A stretch of DNA of 64,000 nt from Chiloscyllium plagiosum. Taxonomy: Eukaryota. Made by a program: the position numbers and the translations under genes. Positions 1-13,500 of the stretch are shown here, one piece after another; position 1 is the stretch's first letter; every line of letters begins with the position of its first letter. The notes beneath the pieces were generated by a model that was not told the origin of the DNA, did not search any database, and was given only the letters and a program-made list of their open reading frames with translations. Location: the NCBI RefSeq assembly GCF_004010195.1, contig NC_057727.1, forward strand, positions 63,327,243 through 63,391,242, written 5' to 3'.

Positions 1-294
1 CATTTCCCACCCTGGGAACAGTGAATTCTGACCTGTTATTAATAGTATTCTTTGACAGACAGTTGATCTTGAGAGTGGAAAAGCAGACTGGCACTGAGTA
101 CCATCTGCTTCCACTTATACATTGCCAGAGATCTGAGGTTTGACACTGGCACTACTGACCTCCATCAACACACTCCTGAGATACCAGAGACACTGGGGAC
201 TAAAGTGTCCCTAGTAACCCCTCCAATCCTATTGACAGTTCACCAAAGAATCATATTTCTAAATCTCCTTTCCCTATCTCATAATATCTCATGG

Positions 295-398
295 GTAATA
301 CAATAGTGTAGGTTAGATGAGCTTCAGATTGGTTTCACAGGGTGGCGCAACATCAAGTGCTGAAGGCCTGTACTGCACTGTAATGTTCTCTGTTCTAA
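295..398 (+). mobile_element. CR1 LINE 3' tail fragment
   Basis: gtgtaggttagatg...gaaggcctgtactgcactgtaatgttctctgttcta matches the CR1 3' end at 47470-47555. Confidence 0.75.
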
Positions 399-1410
399 TA
401 CTGTACTGAAGTATAGTCGCTGTTGTAACTGAGGTAAATGCTACAACCATTTTGCACTTGGCAAGCTCTCAGACATTCTGTCCTGGATATTCACCCAGAA
501 AGGTTGCAGGGGCTCGGGCGGCAGAAGTTGAGGTCTCTCTGGGTGCTGCAGAGTTTTAATGCCACAGTGTGTGACAGATTTCCTAACCAGAGGTCAGCCT
601 GTTAGATCAGCTTGGCTCCCGGGTGGGTAAGGACATCTCTGGAGGTAGCTGCAGAAGCAGGCATGGCATGATCCCAGATGCTAGGCTAGAAGTTGTCCAA
701 TCCTTGGGGGAAGAGTCTTATCAGGGTGTTTGGATAGGAAGAGTGATGAATGATGGAGTGGGAGATTGGGAGAAGGCTAGGAGATAACATTCCTCCTTAT
801 GGACCACAAATGGGGTTCGAAATGCACTTATGATCTCCCTAAATCCATTTCTAGTGTCACCTCATTTAGATTTGGTGAGATTCCAGAGGCCTGGCAAAAA
901 CAGTTTGAGAATGTTCACAGTAATGTTGGAATTGCCAATCTGCCTCCTGTTCTGTCTCCATTTCTATTTCTAAGTGGAGATTTTAAAATTGGACCAGACC
1001 CAAGACATACCTTGTTGGGGTTAATGGGTCACATGCCTACTATAGGGAAAGCCCCCACCCCACCCCCACCCCCCCAACACCACCCACACTTCCCAAACCA
1101 TCCTGCGAGAACCTCAGTTTAGGCCCTGGTCTGACAGACAGCAGCTCCAACACTGCACCACCCCTCAATGGGGCATAAGTCTGGATTTTGTCTTCAAGTT
1201 TCTGGAGACGGATGCCAAGCCACAAACTCCTGGCAGCAAGACAAGGGTGTCACCAACTGGTGCTCACCCTCCCCTAAAGGCTCTTAGAGCTTAAACACAC
1301 CTCCAAATAGTTCCAGCCCAAAGGGGTGTTACGCAGCATATACCAACCACGCAAGGGAACTGGCAGCTCCTTGTGCTTGTAAAATTGCGATACAGATAAA
1401 CAGGTCTCAC

Positions 1411-1552
1411 CACCAACAATTCTGTAGTTGAGGAGATCAGAATCTTTGTCAGTACAGAACAGTGTAACAATGGGGAGATTGTTTGCTCGTGTAGAGTAGA
1501 TTGTTTCCTTGTAGAACGGGGGCGAACATACAGGAGGAACATCATTTACATT
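1411..1552 (-). CDS. cdhr4: CDHR4-like exon 14, NVNDVPPVCSPPFYKETIYST...CTDKDSDLLNYRIVG (142 nt)
   Basis: ttctttacttgcag| acceptor, G|gtgaga donor; within ORF 1274..1600. Confidence 0.92.
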
Positions 1553-4500
1553 CTGCAAGTAAAGAATGCACCGGTCAGTTGTGTGCTGCCATTCCCGCAC
1601 TGGCTCACTCAGGCTAGTGTTTCATTGCCTGGGAAAGGTTCAGCTTTCAATCTTGCCACAAGGGGGAATGGGGTGATTGTACGGTGGGGAGGCATCACCC
1701 ACAGAACAATAAAGGAAAAGCCGATATGGATCTACCTGTTGTGAACATGTAGATGTCACTTTAAGGTTTATACGTGGAGTCAATTGTCCTATATTGTTAA
1801 AAATCACACAACACCAGATTATAGTGCAACAGGTTATTTTGGAAATACAAGCTTTCAGAGCGCAGCTCCTTCGTCAGGTAGCTAGTGTGGCAGGATCATA
1901 GGACACAGAATTTATAGTAAAATATCAAAATGTCATAGAACTGATGTGATATATTAAACCAACCTAAATTGCTGTTAAATCTTTAATCATTTAGAATGGG
2001 ATGCAGTTTTCCAGTGATTAATGTGTAAATCCCAGAATTTCTTTCAAATCATGTTCCCGAGATAACTTAAGGTTTTATTTTAAAGAAATGACATCTCGGC
2101 TCAGACAATGTATTGAAGGTGTGAGGTTAGAGTCTGCCTGCGTCCTAACCTTGAGTCAGACTGGTTTTATTTCCAAAATAGGAATTTATAAAATGTCACA
2201 TGGACTGACTGCCGACAGATTGTATGCTTTTTGAACAAAATGGAATGTATTTGCAAATACAAATCTTCTAAGCTTTTAAAGATTTGACAGAATCTAGGTT
2301 TGTTTAATACTTCGTGTCAGTTGTAGGTGGCAGAAATGGCGGAGAATGATGTCATGTACACAGAGTTTGGTGGGGTGGAAGGTGAGGACCAGGGGGGGTT
2401 CAGTCCTTGTTGTGGTTGGAGGGGTGGGGTTTGAGGGCAGAGGTTTAGGAAGTGGACGAGATGCATTGGAGGGCATCCTCAACCACATGGGAAGGAAGGG
2501 AAATTGCGGTCTTTAAAGAAGGAGGCCATCTGGTGTGTTCTGTGGTGGAACTGGTCCTCCTGAGAGCAGATGTGGAGGATTTGGGAATAAGAGATAGCAT
2601 TTTTGCAGGAGGTGGGTGGGGAGAGATGTAATCCAGGTAGTTGTGGGAGTCGGTGGGTTTGTAGAAAATATCAGGGTTGAGTCGTTTGTCGTTGATGGAG
2701 ATGGAGAAGTCCAGGAAGGGGAGGGACATGTCAGAGATGGTCCAGGTGAATTTACATTCATCCTCCACCATTTTTGCCACTGATAAACAGACCCCACCAC
2801 CAGAGATATTTTCCCTCCCCACCCCTATCCGCTTTCCATAAAGACCGTTCCCTCCGCAACTACATTGTCAGGTCCTCCAACAACCCACCCTCCCCTCCCG
2901 GCACCTTCCCTTGCCTCCACAGGAATTGCAAAACCTGTGCCCACACCACCACCCCCTTCACCTCCATCCAAGGCCCCAAAGCAGCCTTCCATATCCACCA
3001 AAGTTTCACCTGCACTTCCACACATGTCATTTATTGTATCCGTTGCTCCCGATGCAGTCTCCTCTACATTGGGGAGACTGGATGCCTTCTCGCAGAGTGC
3101 TTTGGGGAACATCTCTGGGACACACCAGCAACCAACCCCACTGCCCTGTGGCCGAACACTTCAACTCCCCCTCCCACTCTGCCGAGGACATGCAGGTCCT
3201 GGGCCTCCTCCTTTGCCAATCCCTTACCACCCGATGCCTGGAGGAAGAACACCTCAGCCTCTGCCTCAGGACCTTCCAACCCCATGGCATCATGGTGGAT
3301 TTCACCAGTTTCCTCATTTCCCCTCCTCTGACCTTACCCCAGTTCCAATCTTCCAGCTCAGCACCTTCCTCATGACCTGTCCCACCTGTCCATCTTCCTT
3401 CCCACCTATCTGCTCCACCTTCCAGCCCCATTCCGCTCCCATTTTTCTCTCCACCGCCAAGACTGTCGACCTCATTCCTGATGAAGTCCCGAAATGTGAC
3501 TTTTCCTGCTCCTCGGATGCTGCCAGACCTGCTGATTTTTAACTTTGTCCACCCCAGTCCAACACCAGCACTCCACATCATGTCCTATATTGACCAGCGT
3601 ATGGACAGTGGGCACTGTTGCTTTAGCAGAGGAGAGGGGGAAGGGGATCGCGGGTGACTGTGTATGTGAGGGGCTGCTTTTTGGTCCTCAGCAAGCTGCC
3701 GTATTTGGGACACAAGTTGGTCGTGGAGAATGTGACAAAGTCTGTGAACATGTGGCAAGGGCCAGACCCAGCGATCAAGAAATATATGTGCAACTTGGTT
3801 AAGTCCTTATGATGCAGGATTACATTCCTGGGGGTGTGAGGACTAAACTTATTTTCTCTGTGAGCGTAAGTCAGATAATGAAAGTTTGGTTCTTTTGAAA
3901 CTTGAAGAGCAAGTATTGGTTTCACAAAGTGGGCGATTTAATTTAAGAAGCTGGATTTGACGCATTTATGAGACTTGCTGGCACCAAGTGTTTTCAGGAA
4001 AAAAGATAAGTCACTGTCCATCAGCAGCTTGTGATTTGGGTACAGTTTGTCACAGAGAGAGAGCAGTTGGTGTTCAGAGCTCCAACATCCTGTCAGTCAG
4101 AAAAGAAACAGCATTTAAAGTCCTCGGTAGGACTTGAACCTGAAGTAGCTAGCTCAGAAATATGGAGCCTATACACTGTACCCCAAGACCTACTGAAGCA
4201 GTTCACAGAGAAACTCTTTACTCCTGGAAGCCCAGCCTTATCAACAGATCCAGGTTATCTTCATTATCCTTAGATGTTCGAACAGGTTTAGGCCATTCAG
4301 TACATTGAGTCTGCTCCACCGGTCAATGAGATCCTGGCTGATCTGATAATCCTCAACTCCACTTTCCCCATAATCTTTGATCCCTTAGTATTTAAGAATC
4401 TGTCTATCTCAGCCTTGGAATATACTAATGACCCAGTCCTCCAATGGTAAAGAATTCCACAGCTTCACTATCCTCTGAGAGAAGAAATTCCTCCTCATCT

Positions 4501-7500
4501 CTGCCTTAAACAGAGGACCTCTTATTCTGAGATTATGCGATTTGGTCCTAGACTCTCCCACAGTAGGAAACAACCTCTCTGCATCTACCCTGTCAAGTCA
4601 TAGAGTCATAGAGATGTACAGCACGGAAACAGACCCTTCAGCCCAACTCATCCATGTCGACCAGATTTCCTAAATTAACCCAATTCCATTTGCCAGCATT
4701 TTACCCATATTCCCCTGAACTCTTCCTAATTATATGCCCATCCAGATGTCTTTTAAATGTTATAATTGTACCAGCTTCCATCACTTCCTCTGGTAGATCA
4801 TTCCATACATGCATCACCCTCTGCATGAAAATATTGCCCCTCAGGTCCTTTTTAAATCTTGTCTCTTACTCTTTTTAAATAAAGTTGTTAAATTGATAGT
4901 TTTCCAATCCTTTGGGACTCTTCCAAAAGCTAAGAATTCCTAGAAGATTTTTACCAGTGCATCCACTATCTCTGTAACTACTTCCTTTAATATCCTAGGA
5001 TGCAGTCCATCAGGTCCAGGAAACTTATTAGGCTTTAGCCCCATTAGTTTCCCTAGCACCTTTTTCCAGTTGTGTTTACTATTGTGTTTATTTCCTTTGC
5101 CCCTTGACCATTTTGTAATTTTGGGCTCATTTGCATCTCCTCCATTGACATTCCATCTGAAAGGTCAGGAAGTGGAGGGAAATCATCGACAACTGGCCAG
5201 TGATGGGATTGGCAGACTTGTGGTGGTCTTGTGTTCCAGAATGGAGAATGGGCACATTTACAGGAAAGAAAAAAATCATTTTTTGCCCCTCCCCTCTTTA
5301 TTGGTTCAACCTTGGAAAAAGCAAATGGAGGCACACTGCCTGGGTGGGCTGGAGAGAGGAGGATGGAATCTACTGTCACTCTGTCAGATATGCAAAATGC
5401 TCCCTCTCATACCTGAACATTGATGGTGTACTGAGCGTAACTGGTTCTTTGTTGGAGGCTACCAGACACCTCATTCCGATTCATGTCAACCGCCTGAATT
5501 GTCAGTGTATAGGTGTCAATTCTTTCGAAATCAAGTGGAAACAGAGTGTTGATTTGGCCTGGAAAAATAATGATCAGAAATCAAATTGGGAGACAACTGA
5601 CAAGTTAGAAACCACACAGTTTATAAAATACAAACGTAACTGGATAGGAAAATCAAACCATAACACCAGGAATATTCGACAAGGGGTTGGGGCTTTGTGG
5701 GACAGCCAGGAAAATGGAGTCAATGCCACAATCAAATTAGGTCCATATCCCTTGATTCCCTGGATCCAACAAACCTACATGTAGTGACGTTGATGCTAAG
5801 AGCTTCAATTGACTACTGCCTCCACAGCTCCCCCCAACCCCTCAACCAAAATCAGTGCTTCCTGGCTCCAATGTTAAGTGCCTTCTCTCTCATTTAAAGG
5901 TGCACCCTCTTGTTCTGCATCCTCCCACCAATGGAAACTGTTTCTCTATGTCTATCCTCTCAAATCCATTTCACATTGTAACGTTTTGAATTCAATGTGA
6001 CGAAGAGGTGGATAAGAAGAGAAAAGAGTATTGTTCAATTCAAAATGCTAGTTCTGTTTCTCTCTCAGCAGCTGCTGCACGATGTGCTGAGTATTTGCAG
6101 CACTTTTCTATTTTCACCTCAGATTTTCAGAGAGATCTGGGTGCTTCGCACAGAAAGTCTGAATGCAGGGACAGCAAATGGGGATCTAGTATGTTGGCCT
6201 TAATTGTAAGACTATTTGAGCAAAGGAAGGAAGTGTTGCCAGAATGTCCAATTGGGTGAGATCACACAATGTGTGGTTTTCTCTCTCTCTATATATGTAT
6301 ATGTATATATGAGGAAAGATACACCTGTATTGGAGGTGGTACAGTGAAGGTTCACTCGACCAGTCCCTGGGATGATAGCCTTATCCTATGATAAGAGGCT
6401 TAGTTGATGGATCTATATTCTTGAAGTTTAAAAGAGAGGCGACCTCATTATAATATACAAGATTCTGAAAGGATGTGATACTATGGACACTAAGGCCTTT
6501 CACTGCCCATTGCTGGGGTATCTAGAACACAGGACACAGTCTCAAGATACGGATCTAATCATGAAGGACTGAAATTCAGATAAATTTCTTCACTCTAAGG
6601 GTTGTGAATCTTTGGATTTTTTTTACTGCAGAGTATGGCAGCTATTCTAGTGTTGAAAGTATTTAAGGCTCCTGGGGAATCAAGGTGTTATGGAGGGTGC
6701 GTAGGGAAGTGGGGTCAAGATCCAGTATCAGTCTCATGTCATTAGATGGCAGAGTGAGATCCAAGAGCCACATGGTCTCCTCCTGTCTCTATTCCTTATC
6801 TTCTCATACAGCTATCCTGGTAGTCTAACACCAGTTAAGCTACAACATCATTCCAAATTAAACTGTAAGAGTAGATCAACCGAGTGAAAGAATCTTTGGA
6901 ACTGATGTCAAGAGATTACTCATCACACAAGGAGTGAGCGATGTGTGGAATGGACATCAGTCGGCAGAGGAAACAGGAACCTTAGGTTCATTTAAGGAGT
7001 GACTGAATTCTGTTTTTTTGGGAAGACTGTTGACTTTCCTTGGATTGATGAATCAAATGCCATTCTCGGCTCAGTGTCCAGCACATGTGCTTCTGAGTCA
7101 CACAGTTGTGGCACTCCAGGGAGTAATCTTTCTGATGAAAATGTTACACTGAGGCCTGACCTGCCTTCTCAGGGGAGGTAAGAGGAACAGCAGACTATTC
7201 TCTGGTATCCTGGTCGATATTTATCTCTAAACAATACCACAAAAAACAGACTATCCACTCACTTATTAATTGTTTGCAAGAGTTTACTGTGCACAGGTTA
7301 ATTACTACATTTCCTACATTTCAGCAACATCTACAATTCAGAAGTACCTCATTTATACCTCGCATGATACAAGGTTATGAAATCTGCAACATGAAAACAT
7401 GTCCTTTCCTTTCAAAATACTCTTAGCTACTTGTGCCCTGTGATTTGGAGCAATGCACTCAGTCAATAGGCTATCAGGCATCTGTCTGTTTCTTTTGATC

Positions 7501-10500
7501 TACTGTTCCCTGCCACCATCAGTTCCATACATAAACCCAGCCAATGCCTTGAACAGATCCAGTAGCCCCAGTCACTCCCACAATATGAAGAACACTAACC
7601 AGTGTATGGGTGAATGTAGAAAGTTGGTGGAGCATGATCAACAATGGAGAAACGCAAGTTATTATAGACCCAGTCAGCATCTGTAGCATTCACTACACCC
7701 ACCAGTGTGTTCACTGGACTGTTCTCTGGAACCGAGAATGTTCTGATGCCATGAAAGACAGGGGGAAACTCATTGACTTGACTGACAGTGACCAGCATTG
7801 AGACAGTTGCTGAAAACAAATCAGAAAAAAATAAAGTTAGAAAGGAGACACTGCAAATTCCTTTACTCAGCTCCACCTACAACAAGAAATATAGGCTGCT
7901 CCACTGGCTATTTTCCTCTCTTGCAGTTGAAAGGAATATAAAACCAGAGCTTCAATAGGTATATGCAAAAGGAAGGAAGTAGCCAAAGTAATCAATACAG
8001 GCAAGATACTACAGATGCTGAAAATCTGAAACAAACACAGTGAATGGTGAAGAAACTCCGCAGGTCTGACAGTTAATATTTTGAGGAGAAAGTGAGGACT
8101 GCAGGTGCTGGAGATCAGAGTTGAGAGTGTGTTGCTGGAAAAGCGCAGCAGGTCAGGCAGCATCCAAGGAGCAGGAGAATCAACGTTTAAGGCCAGAGCC
8201 CTTCATCAGTTAATATTTTGAGTCTTGTATGAATCTTCCTCAGAAGGAGGAGGAAGTTGAAGGACACTTAGAAGAGCATAACACAATCAGGCTGATTTAG
8301 CACGGCTTTGTGAAAGGAGAAACTTTATTAAGTTTCTTTGACAATGTAACAAACAGGGTTAATAAGGTGTACCAGTAGATATGGTGCATTTTATAATATT
8401 CCACATAGAAGTTTACTACAGAAGAGAAGAGCTTATGGTTTTGGAGATTATATATTTGTCAGAATAGAAATTGACTAACATATAGAGTCAGAATAAATGG
8501 GTCACTTTCAGGTTGAGGAGATTTGCTTGGTTGATTGTTGGCATGAGGGGTTATCCACTGAGTGCTGAGTACGTTGGACATTGGAGTTTAGCAAAATGGG
8601 AGGTGAACCTTTTAAACATAAGATTTTGCAGGAGCTGGCTAGACTAAATGATAGAACGATGGGGAAATCTATAACTAGAGTACACTGTTTCAGAAGAACA
8701 GCTCACCGAATTGAGACGGAGGTGACGAGGAATTTCTTTTCCCTGAGCCATTAACCTTTCTTTGGTGTAATTCCTTTTTCCTGAAGCAGTGGGGGCTGTG
8801 CCATTCTATATAATGAAGGTGTGATATACAGTGAGGGCTGGGTTATTGTATATAATGAAGGTGTGATATACAGTGAGGGCTGGGTTATTGTATATAATGA
8901 AGGTGAGATATACAGTGGGGGCTGGGTTATTGTTTATAATGAAGGTGAGATATACAGTTGGGGCTGGGTTATTGTATATAATGAAGTTGTGATATACAGT
9001 GAGGGCTGGGTTATTGTATATAATGAAGGTGAGATATACAGTGAGGGCTGGGTTATTGAATATATTGAGAGTGTGATATCCAGTTGGAGTCTGAGTTATT
9101 GTATATATTGAAGATGTGATATATAGTTGGGGTTTGAGTTGTTGAATATATTGAAGGTGTGATATACATTGGGGGTGGTTATTGAATATTTTGGAAGTGT
9201 GATATACAGTGAGGGCTGGGTTATTGAATATATCAAAAGTGAGATATACAGTGAGAGATGGGTAGTGAATATATTGAAGGTGTGATATACAGCATCTTGA
9301 TTATTATAGGAGTAAAGGGGCTCTGGAGAACTGATAGGAAAACGGAAATAAGGCCAAGATCAGCTGGTCATGACGATACTGATTGGTGCAAAATGAAAGT
9401 GTGTTCTTTCTGAGGAGGAGTGATGTTGGCTGGCTCTGGATGACGGGGTCTCCATTACAGCAAGGTACTAGAAGGTAACCAGTTGAGGAGATTAGGGATG
9501 GATAATCTCAGTGTGTCAGATCCAGTCTGCGTGAGTTACTATGGAGCACTGTGATCCTTACTTGTCCGTGGTGGGGTTCCGGTGTCTGCTACAATGATCT
9601 CGGCTGTGTAGCGGAAACCCAGACCTGCCAGCTCACTAGAGTCATAATCGAGGCTCTCGTTCAGCTACAAGAACAAGCAAAGATTGTCAGCGGTCAGTGT
9701 TGGTACGACAGTAACCCTGGAACCCTTGCAGTCAGTCCTGCCTCATCACCTGGGCGTGGGGAATCCAAAGCACTGTACCACAGCACAATGTCTTCCTCCC
9801 CAGCTCTGCCTTTCTCCCCCTCTGTGTATCCGAGGAAGAGCCACAACTACTGGAGACAGGAGGCTGTGTCTGGGGTGGATGAAGGCAGTGAAGATGTGCC
9901 CTCCCTGTACAGTGATAAACTCACTTAGACCCTGCAGCACCAACGCCATCCTCCCAACAAAGGTGAGCACTGAGGGGGCATAGCTGCCATTTCTCAGGGG
10001 AGTACAGGACTGGTGGTGTATGTCCTGTTGGACAAGGAGAGGATGCAGGAGGCAGCAGAGCAATGTTCCAGCCAAGGTTTATCTGCTGACCGGGTGCTGT
10101 GCTTTCTGCTGGGACCACCCCCCAGTTTGAATTATCTCAGCACCTTGCTGAACACCCTCAGCCCAACACAACGCAAACTCAGCTTGTACATGCCCAGTCC
10201 CCCCACACCAACACTGCTCAAAGGATTCATGCAAGAATGCTAGACTAACAGTCCTGCCAACTATTTAACTATTGATCTGTCTTTGATGTGCTGTAGCACT
10301 CTCAATTGTTTATTGCCCGCAGAGTGAGAATGGTGTGGTTGTTCCTGTAATCACCAGTCTTCAGGGTCTGTCTGGCAGAATACAGATGAGTAGAAACAAT
10401 AAGGATGATATTCAGGGAGCTATCACTTCACCCACTTCAATCTGCCAAGTCTGAGAAATTCTCATTTTATCAACAGCAGTGCTTTAAAGACTGATATATT

Positions 10501-13500
10501 TTCATTATTTTTGATTGTGCACTAAAATGGAAAAATTATTACTTTTTTAATACCAAGGACTGTGGAAGAAATTGCTGCATTTTTGAAAATGAGTTACTAA
10601 AATTAATTGTGAGTTTTAGTGACAATGCTTTTTTATTTAAGTAGTTGGGGGGGTGGAGAAATAAGATGGCACATTGCCAGGTTTTGCAAGTTCGCAGTGT
10701 GAGGTTTGCCCAGGAACAGAGTGTTGATTGGCTTGTGCCGTTGTGAGCAGTTGCACATGTGAGAGGCTAGCAACCTGACAACAGCTTTCTGATTGGCTCC
10801 TGGGCAGAGGAGTGTCCAAGCGATACAAAGAGCAGACAGCCTTCAGGCTGGAAGAAGCAGACTGTATCTCTATTATCTCTGCAGACAAAGTAGCTGCAGT
10901 ATGAAGAAAACCAGCTAGTATCACATACGATTTGTTATAAGCCGTTTTCCCTAACTGGTTACTCTGAATCTGAATAATTAATATGCAAATCTCCAAAGAA
11001 CTGAGTATTTGAAAACGTAGGAATCAGAGAACCGGACTTGGCAAGCAGAAGAAAGATCACATTGATTCTGGGGACTGGTGTTATCGAACTGTGTTACCCC
11101 AGTAATTCTTGTGCTTCTATCCATAACACCTTTCTCTTTCTGTGTTGATTCGTATGTGTGTGCAGGGGTTTTAAAGGGTGGGGGATATCATTTTAACTTG
11201 TAACTAAATGTTGATAGTCATTAACATTTACCTGTGATTAGAATGTACTTGTAATAAACAATGTTAAATACAGGAATCTGGTCTTTATTTTCTGATTCCA
11301 TCAGATGGGTAAATTGGACTCTTTGTATATTTTGATTAAATAATTACGTTTTCAGCAGACCTGGGAAGTAATGGGTCTGAGGAGTAAGCCTGCTTTCTGT
11401 AAGGGTCATACCAGGATCACTGAGCTGGGTCCATCAGAGCAGCCACAACTCTGGCCCCAAAGCCAGGAGACGGACAGCAGTGATGATGGCTGTGTCGCTT
11501 ACCATGGGATTTCTTCTTCATAAGTCATCCTGAGCTTCTAATGTTTGGATATAGTGACCTTCCCAATTATATAGCTGCTACCCGGAGAAGGACATCCATC
11601 ACCTTCCACACTAACAGAGAAGCAGGACAAAACCTTCATTCGAATGAATAAGGATCATTGGCTGGTATCAAATGTGTGCCCCCGCCCCCTCATTGATGAG
11701 CCCATAACATCAAAATACATAGCAGTGGAAGTAGGCCATTCAGCCCATCAAGTCTGCTCTGACATTCAGTGAGATTACGGCTGATCTGATAATCCTCAAA
11801 TCTACTTTCCTGCCTTTTTCCCCATAACATTCAATTCCCTGATCCACTAAAGGATTCCACTCCCTTAAAGTGCTCAAGGAAAGCCTCAGCCATATCTGTA
11901 ATCCTAACCCATTCCCCAGTTTCAGTCATTGTGAAGTTTCCTGGGTTGTGAAAACAGCCTACGGCCTCTTACCATCACATTATTAGCATGGTACTTGAAT
12001 TTGAAATGTGAATTCTCGTTGGTTACAAGTATATATGAAAGGCCAGTCTCGGAGTAATCTGGATCATTGCAGGTCAGGTGGAAGAGAATGCTTTCTTTGG
12101 GAGTGGTTTCTGGAATCTCGGTCCTGGGGAGAGACAGGAAGAGTATTTATTGACATGATGTAGGATATACAGTATCTAACTTTCTAATGCTGACACTGAG
12201 ACAAGCTTTTGGATTTTTTAGTCCAGGCCTCGAGTCACCTTGCTGTTCCTTTGAGTTATTTTCTCTTCTGCCTTTGTACAAATCAAGCCAGTGACAACTT
12301 TTTGCCCTACTCACTCCCATTTTCCTGTATTGGACCTTAAATCTTCAACCTGGTGAAAAATCTTGCACACCTTTAGCAATTTCAGAACTGTGTCATAAAC
12401 TACTCTGCGCAGCCAAGTAGATAACATCAAGTAAATGCTAATAGATATGGAGTGAATAAAGACCATAAAACCAGCAATTATTCTCCTTTCAAAGGGAGCA
12501 TGTGTCTTAAGAAGCTTCTGCCCCATGTGAAGATTCTCTAAATGGCTCCGACAGAAATTCCCTGACTTTATCCAACCCTGCCTTCACATCCTGGGATTCC
12601 TCACAAATGCAAATAGGCTTTTTTTTTTGATTGTTGGTTCATTTGCAAATTCTGTCGCAATCAAAAACTCATTTCTGAATTTTAATCAACTGTGGAATTA
12701 GTCAGTGCCTCTAATTTATCTTCGCAGACTGTAACTCAAAGACCATGATTATAGAAGGGAACGGGTGAACAGATGACTTGCTCAGGATAGCCCATACTGC
12801 CTTCCAATCTTTTAAGTCAAACACGTTTGCCTCAATGTAGGAAATTTGTGCACAGCAAGCTACCACAAATAGCATTGAGTAAACGATCAAACAATCCAAT
12901 GACCTTGGTTGTGGAGTTAATATTAACCAGGAATCTGAGCCTGGTATCTGTCCTCCTCTGTGGAACAGTGCAATGGCATCTTTTCCGTCATTCAGTGCTG
13001 TTCTGGAGTGTCTCTCTGGGCTGTTCAGGTCTCCACAGTGGCACTTGAACCCACTAGCCTGCAGGGGTGGCAGTGCTATTGACTGAGCCAGGGCTGCTGG
13101 TAGGATTACTTGAATCTAAATAACACCAGGTAAAGGAGGTTCCATCCAGGTTGGAGGAAATGCTGATAGTTTATTATCACTGTGTTTAAAAAGATATCAA
13201 TGCTCTTCTATAGGTTCAGCTGAGCACAGCCACAGTACCAGCTCAAGGCTTGCCAATTCCGGAAAGTGAACATGTTGCCATCAGCACAAAAAGTCTGAAT
13301 GAGCACTCCACAGCTAAGCAGCCCAAGGGCTGGAGGTCAGGGAGCTGGGGGTGTGAGGGATGACAGTCCGGGAGCTGAGGGTCTCGGTGTAGGGGCTTCA
13401 GCGGCTGAGGGGCGTGGGGCTGAGGGTCTCGGGGCTGAAGATCTGAGTACTGGGATTCTGGGGCATGGGGTTCGAGGAGCTGGGAGTCCAGGGGCTGCGT

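Noticed and set aside
860-900. Candidate next cadherin exon after the tttttgccag acceptor
   Set aside because: The required phase hits TGA after about nine codons and shows no cadherin similarity; the next exon probably lies outside the window.
5200-5784. 194-aa plus-strand ORF
   Set aside because: Antisense shadow of exon 13 with no recognisable domain.
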